Source: the human T2T-CHM13v2.0 reference genome, Homo sapiens. From it: 64,000 nucleotides of DNA. Both the position numbers and the translations under genes were made by a program. The stretch lies in the NCBI RefSeq assembly GCF_009914755.1, contig NC_060929.1; one strand, 5' to 3'. The notes under the pieces are model-generated. The model was not told the origin of the DNA. It searched no databases and saw only the letters and a list, made by a program, of their open reading frames with translations. Positions 57,324-64,000 of this stretch are shown here, piece after piece. The stretch's first letter is position 1. Each line of letters opens with the position of its first letter.

Positions 57324-58194
57324 CTGCCAAACAAAAGGCATATCTCAGCTGCCACCAAGCCTGATGCTTTCCTCCCTGCTCACTCCCCAGCTTTCTGCCC
57401 CAAGAAGATGCCAAGGCCCACCTGACTCCCTTCCTGAGGCTGTTTCCTTCCCAGCATACAGATTTAGTGGTTCTCTAGAATATTTTGTGTTTTTTTGTTT
57501 TGTTTTTAAGTGAAATGGTTTAAAAGTCATCATTTGAGGAAAATATGTTCTAAAGGGGAAAAATCCCCAATGTTAACATATCTGTGATATAAATATGTGT
57601 TTTCATTTGCTTAAAATGGGGTGTGCCTGAAAGAAATAATAGAAACATGGTGAGTGAGAGGTATAGCTTATGGTACCAAAAACTATGCTTTCGTATTTCA
57701 AAAAATACTGGAAAACCAAAATAAAATATTTTTAAAAGGATAGCAGTGAAATGAAACAACATAGCATAATCCAGAAGCACCGCTTGCATCCCAGAGGACC
57801 TTTAAATCCAAGCAGTCTGAATGTTAATGGCAAAACAAGCCAGGTGCCTGCCTCTGTTCCCCACTCTTCTCTTCTGCAATCCCCTAAGGAGATCCATGAG
57901 ATGGAATCCAAATCAACTCAGACAATAATTTCTTTCTTATTTCCCTGGGGGAGAAGAAGTTGTTTTCTTAAAGAATTATTTGTTTCCACAATGGAAAGTG
58001 TATGCACTAAAATAATAACACTTAGCTCAACACTCGGGATATTGAGTCTACTGTAGACATGTCCCAGATTTAAAACTCAACTTTTTTCAGAATCAAAGGT
58101 CCCGTGCAATCTCAGGTTATTCCATAAACTGGATTTCTAGGGCTAGTTGTATTTTTCTGGAATACCCCAATGATAAAAGTGAACGTCTGTTGCT

Positions 58195-58380
58195 ATATAG
58201 AAAGCATGCTTCTAAGCACTTTGTACTTAATTTTCTCACTGAATCCTTGTAACAGTCCTATGAAATGGTGCTATATCATTCCCACTGTACAGATGAAAAA
58301 ATAAGGCTCAAGGTCATACAATTGTAGAATGGAGATTCAGACCCCGGCAAGCTTAATCCAGAATCTACATATTCTCAATG
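58195..58380 (-). mobile_element. MIR
   Basis: CTAAGCACTTTG...CATTCCCACTGTACAGATGAAAAAATAAGGCTCAAGGTCATAC. Confidence 0.7.
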
Positions 58381-58602
58381 ACACCTCTGCTAGCCTTCTG
58401 CCTGACTTGATCTTCCTGTCCTGAGGCCATCCAGTTGGCCTAGAGTGTCACGTTTAGGGATGGGCAGTGCAAGGGGGGGCCTGATGGGGTCAGTTGCCCA
58501 TCATTAAGCATTAATGACAGCCTGGTCATTAAGTTTCTATGTGAATCACTAGGAACCCTTTCTTAGTGAAATGTAGAATACAGCAAAATGTACCCACTCT
58601 TT

Positions 58603-58890
58603 TTTTTTGAGACAGAGTCTCACCCTGTTGCCCAAGCTGGAGTGCAGTGGCACCATCTCGGCTCACTGCAAGCTCTGCCTCCCGGGTTCGCACCATTCTC
58701 CTGCCTAGCCTCCTGAGTGGCTGGGACTACAGGTGCCCGCCACCATGCCCAGCTAATTTTTTTGTATTTTTAGTAGAGACAGGGTTTCACCGTGTTAGCC
58801 AGGATGGTCTCGATCTCCTGACCTCGTGATCCACCTGTCTTGGCCTCCCAAAGTACTGGGATTACAAGCTTGAGCCACCGCCCTCGGCCC
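58603..58890 (-). mobile_element. AluY
   Basis: CACTGCAAGCTCTGCC, CACCGTGTTAGCCAGGATGGTCTCGATCTCC; TSD TGTACCCACTCTTT. Confidence 0.95.
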
Positions 58891-61162
58891 TGTACCCACT
58901 CTTTAAAGCAGCATCTTTGCAGAAAAGTCTTCACTGTCTAGAAGCCAGTAAAATAAGTACAGCATCTCCTCCTCTGAGCTCTCTTATAACCCTATGCTTC
59001 CCCTCATTGTCCATGCTTGTTAATCAAACTATAGGCTCCCTGAGGGAAAAGACTGTCTTGTCCCCTTCAGCAGCCTCAGGCATGACAGGAATATAGTGCT
59101 CAATTAAAAAAAAAAAAAAATGTTGGGAGACGTTTTCTAGCTATTGTAAACTCTATTGCTTTAAAACATAAAATCTTTCCATTTTTAAATTTATTCAATA
59201 TCTTAGAACACATTTTAAAATACCCACCCCCCTCTTTTTTTTTTTCCAGAAGAGAGGCTACGGGACATAACGTGGCCCCTTCTTTGATCGAATGTCATGA
59301 TTGTCAATAGTCTTTGATGATGCTGTCCTCAGGGGCTGCTGAATGAGAGATAATTTACTTTGGCACTACACAGCTCTATGCTTTTGTAAACAATATTTTA
59401 CATACATCAATTTTATAGGATATCGATATTTTAATGCATAAGGCAAGAGGAGTTTACTGCTGACTGGTCGGCAAAAAGAAGTGCCAATCTGGTTGGGCAG
59501 TAGTCAAAAAGTCAAGCGCAGCCCACCCTACCACTACTAGAAAAGGAGTGCCTGCATCTTGACATCTGTGGTTGCCTGTCATGCAGGAGAAAGGAGAGCA
59601 GCCCTTCTAGTTGGCCCCAAGAGTGCAGGGACCAAGCAGGGTTCCAGGGCTTCCCCTTCAGAACTCCTAGACTCAAATGCCGCTCACTCCTCTGGCCTTC
59701 TGGGCTAACCAACATCATGCTTTAACATTCCCTTCACTCCAGTTGCTTCAGGATATCAAACCTAAAAGCCTCTTAGGGGACTCAATTTGCTTTTGGGCAA
59801 AGGCAGGTCTTCTGGAGAAATCTCCAGAGACTGGAGGCTGCAAGCAGCTGCTCTCCTCACATCAATCTGCTTTTGTTGATAGGTTGTTCAGAAAACCCAA
59901 GGGTCAGGCTGCTCCTAGAGGATCCAGGGGAAAAAAAATCTTATTTTGCTTTTCCAACAGACCCAACCACCAAGAACCCCACCAAGAACCACTTTGGAGA
60001 CACTTAAATGCTATTTTTTTCTTAAGGTAAAAGATCCCAACTACTAAAATAATTGTCCCCTGGATTGATGTTCTCCACTGATATCTCTAGAAGGCTATGA
60101 GCAGCCAAAAATAACTAAAAATTAAGAAGATCATTTTTGTTTTGGCTGAAAACCAGATGCTAGTCAAACTCGGGATCTCAACAGTTGCTACTCTAACTAA
60201 CTTCTTACCTACTGCATTCAATCCAGGAGCATTACTTTCAGAAATTCCAAACAAGCAGGGGATCAGGTGAAATGCTGTTTTAAATGATGTGTTTTTATAT
60301 TTTGACCAAATAATATCAGAATGGCTACATAGAGAAGGCTGTGGCCAAACTACATATATCAAATAATTGTGTTTAGTAATCTATTCTGTGCTCATTGGCC
60401 ACAGTGTGGAGAAGCCTATACCTAACTGCCTTTGAATTAAAGGCATCAAAGAGACTCCATTGATGTGCAAATGTGAGGACCCACTCTGAGTGTTCTCTGC
60501 AGCTTATGACAAAACTGAGTATGGTCTCTGCCAACTCAGCACCTGATGCTGGCGGGAGGCTCCTTGAGCAATCTGCATGTTATGGATGGGGAGAGGGGAC
60601 ACCTGTCTGGGAGTTTCTGTGGAAGACAATATGCAGTCTGACTATTGTACAAAAAGACATAGCACCAAAGATGTTTGCTACAGTGTTACTTCTATTAGCC
60701 TAACATTGGCAACAACCTCAATGTCCCAAAATAAAGATCAAATTAAGTAAACTGTTATCTCCATAAACTGGGATTCTGTGTAGCTATCAGAAAGCAGAAT
60801 ACTATTCACAACATGAAAAGATAGTCACATTTCTACATGGTAAAAGATCATAAAACAGTCTGGAAAGTATGATCCAAACTTTGTAATTATACACACACAC
60901 GCTGTTTCATATATGACACCAGAAAAAACCTTAAAGTATGTACCACAGCATGCTTACGGTCATTAAAATGGTGAGATCATATATTTTTTTCAAAATGCCT
61001 ATACTAAACATTTTTTAATCCAACTTTTTTTTGAGATTGGGACATATTTAAAGTCAAAGTATATATTTAATGTAATGGGTGTTTTTCACCCCCAAATGAT
61101 ATTGCTAACCCTAAATCAATGTCTAATAAATTGAGGAAATGTGATATTTAAAATGGTCTTAC

Positions 61163-61279
61163 TGCCTTGGGCTGTGTTGGAGCTGGTGGGCTTGATGACT
61201 CTGTTCGCATCCTCGTGGAGAGCTCCAAACCAATCCTTCAGCCGGGAGGCAAGGTTCCGCAACTCCTTGTCTGTGCAGG
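61163..61279 (-). CDS. SPOCK1: Testican-1 exon, start of EC domain
   Basis: 117 nt, ttctctag/gtaaga; (A)CTDKELRNLASRLKDWFGALHEDANRVIKPTSSNTAQG. Confidence 0.97.
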
Positions 61280-63024
61280 CTAGAGAAAAGCAAACAGAAC
61301 AGACAATGGGGCTGGGGGCTTTCTGCCTTCTGTGTGCAGGGCTACTGGCAAAGCCATGTTCAAAGCAAACCTTTCTATCCAACCACGATATAACTGTTAC
61401 CTCACGTGGAAAACACCCCAAAGATGCTGTTAGTACAAACAAAGAGTGGGACAAAAAGAGAGCCTAGACCCCCAGGGCAAGCAGCCTTTGTTCAGAACTT
61501 GAATTTGGATGGCCTCTGTGCTGTGAAAGCAAGCTGCAGTGGTCTCACCGTTGTGTAGCATCCTCAGAAGACAGACAATCACAGATCACTTTTGCTAACC
61601 GCATAAAGCTTGCTCTTGCAGTTTTGCCAGAGGAGATTACATTTTCCACTAAACTCATGCCAAGAGATTAACACCCAGGCACAGCTAATGCTCTTAGAGA
61701 GAGGCTGCCTAGGACACCAAAAGATCCTATTAATAGCAGACTCCTAATTTTGTCTTAGCCCAAGGTTTGGATTTGGGGATTGGGCCTATTTTGCTAGCCT
61801 TCCAGTGGTCTCATTCTTGACTTTCCACTGTAAACAGATGGATGCCTTCTCCATGAAACAGTCCTTTCAGCCCATCTATAACTATTTAGTCATTTCTTAG
61901 GGTAAGACAGAATCACTGGGGCAGACAGATACTCCTGAGAACAAGAAAATCCAGACAGATGGATGGGTGGGCAGGTGAGTAGGTAGGTGCAAGCTATTTG
62001 AAGGTCTTGTAGAGTGCTAAAACTTGAGGAAAGAAATCCCAAAGGAATAAAAATGGTGCAGAGAAGGGAGTTGACTTTCCCTAGCCCCTCCCTCTTCCCT
62101 CAGGGCATACGCTAATTCTTGGTACTGAGAAAACCTGCAAAGGGTCCAAGCAGTAGGCTGCTACCAAGACCTAGAGAACCCAGCAATGCATTTGGGGTCT
62201 TTAGTATCTGGAGAGACAGAAATGAAAGATCTGAGGAGTCAAAATTCCAATGAGTAAAAGGGGGCAAAGAACAGAGCCCCACATCTGTAACTTCTCCCAT
62301 ATTCTAAAGCTACAGGAGCACACTGCTAAGGAGTTAAGCAGAAATGCTGTTACAAGGCACAGCCAAGTTCTGAATATCTCATGGTGCTGAAGAGACACAG
62401 ATTAGGGCTCAGAACCTACCAGTGCAGAGGGAGCCTGGGGGAATCCCTGGGGTCTTCACTGGAAGCCATAGGGACAGTGATGAAAAAGGAGTAGACACAG
62501 CCTCACCAAAACTCCAAGCTAGCCTTCAACCAACGCAGGACCTGATTGAATTAAGGTGATCAGCCCCCATCGGCCTGCCTTGCAAAAGACTAGGTGAAAC
62601 TTCTCCAGAAGAAAATACCATGCAGATCCTCTCCTCATTTTTATCATCCACATATGCTTATCAGGCAAGCCCATTTCTCACCCTAAGGCTTGATGGAGAA
62701 CCGAGCTTCCCAGAGCTCAGGCAGAAAAGGTCTTTCCCCACCCTCCATATTAGAGGAGAGGTGACCAGGCCCTGACTGGGTCTCTGCAACCTGGGGACTC
62801 TCATTTACGACGCTGCCTTCTGTCCAGGTAGGATCCAGACTCTACACTCTGCAAAGCATGGAATGAATGCATGTCCAGTGTTTATACCCCAGTTTTTAAT
62901 GACCTTAAAACACTGCCTTGCTTTTAATAATCAGGGTTTGGCTGTATTTTAAAACACCAGCCAGGAAACAACACTGAGAAATGTCTCGACAGGGAGCAAA
63001 GAATAACTTCTCAGGAGTCGCGCT

Positions 63025-63225
63025 GGCTGGAATGAATCCCAGCTTTGCCACTCACTGGCTGGGTGACCTGAGACAAGTCAGCCTCCAGCACCTCGGCTTC
63101 CTTATCTGTAAAACTTCGGATAATATGGTTATATAAGTATAAATCAGACAATGTATATAAAGTTCTTAGCAAAGTACATGATATATGGTAATTACTTAGT
63201 ATGTGCCACCTATGATTTTGATTAT
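63025..63225 (+). mobile_element. MIR
   Basis: GAATCCCAGCTTTGCCACTCACTGGCTGGGTGACCTGAGACAAGTCA...CTTCCTTATCTGTAAAA. Confidence 0.75.
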
Positions 63226-63409
63226 TATTACTATTGCTATTTTTAAACTGAACATTTATAGGTAACATTAGGGCTAGCATCACAGCATTCAGAAAGCCAA
63301 CAACAAATCCACCTACACACAACTGGCTTTAGCCACATAAAATAGTTGCTTGTGTTATCTAGTAAGCTGCAATTAGCCATATATGGCTATTTACATTAAT
63401 TAAAATTTA

Positions 63410-63697
<288 letters not shown>

Positions 63698-64000
63698 TTA
63701 AAAAATCTAATAGATAGTTCCTCAGTTGCACCACTGCATTCAACAGCCCCACACAGCTAGTGACCTCCACACTGGACAGCACAGACGCAGAATCTTCCCA
63801 CCGCAGCAGGGTGTCGTGCTGGGCAGCACTGAATCAGGTTAGCGATCATTTTGGGCTAACTTTCTGGAGCATCATCATGATATTCTGCCATCCAAGTTTG
63901 TTCCCGTACTTCTCCCCTTCAACTGTTTAAGATGAGCTGAGAAAGAAGATAAGCCCCCACAAGCCAGGAACCAGCATCTCTTGCTAAGCCATGCTCCCAA

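Noticed and set aside
56917-57414. 165-aa ORF as a stand-alone gene
   Set aside because: Only 57102-57323 is coding; the rest is open intronic flank.

Overview
Primate (human-like) genomic DNA. The right third holds the 3' end of SPOCK1 (testican-1) on the minus strand: five coding exons (61163-61279, 57102-57323, 53820-53882, 48013-48150, 47335-47525), all with GT-AG boundaries, and a ~3.35 kb 3' UTR ending near 43980. The left 43 kb is intergenic and dominated by repeats. Its core is a decayed class I ERV (MER67-like LTR, gag, pol; ~8020-26990, minus) split by a MER50-like LTR in RNase H and by a full-length L1PA7/8-like element in RT. That L1 is in turn split by a full-length L1PA4-like element and by a short 5'-inverted L1. 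I found no convincing new gene or system. The most interesting observations are evolutionary or mechanistic: a 200-bp perfect-identity tract with shared private variants between two inverted L1 copies (likely gene conversion), a second L1 pair sharing non-consensus substitutions, two short non-tandem duplications, a nested palindrome at ~4.8-5.0 kb and a tailless 5S retrocopy. Repeat subfamily names are from memory of consensus sequences and were not database-checked.
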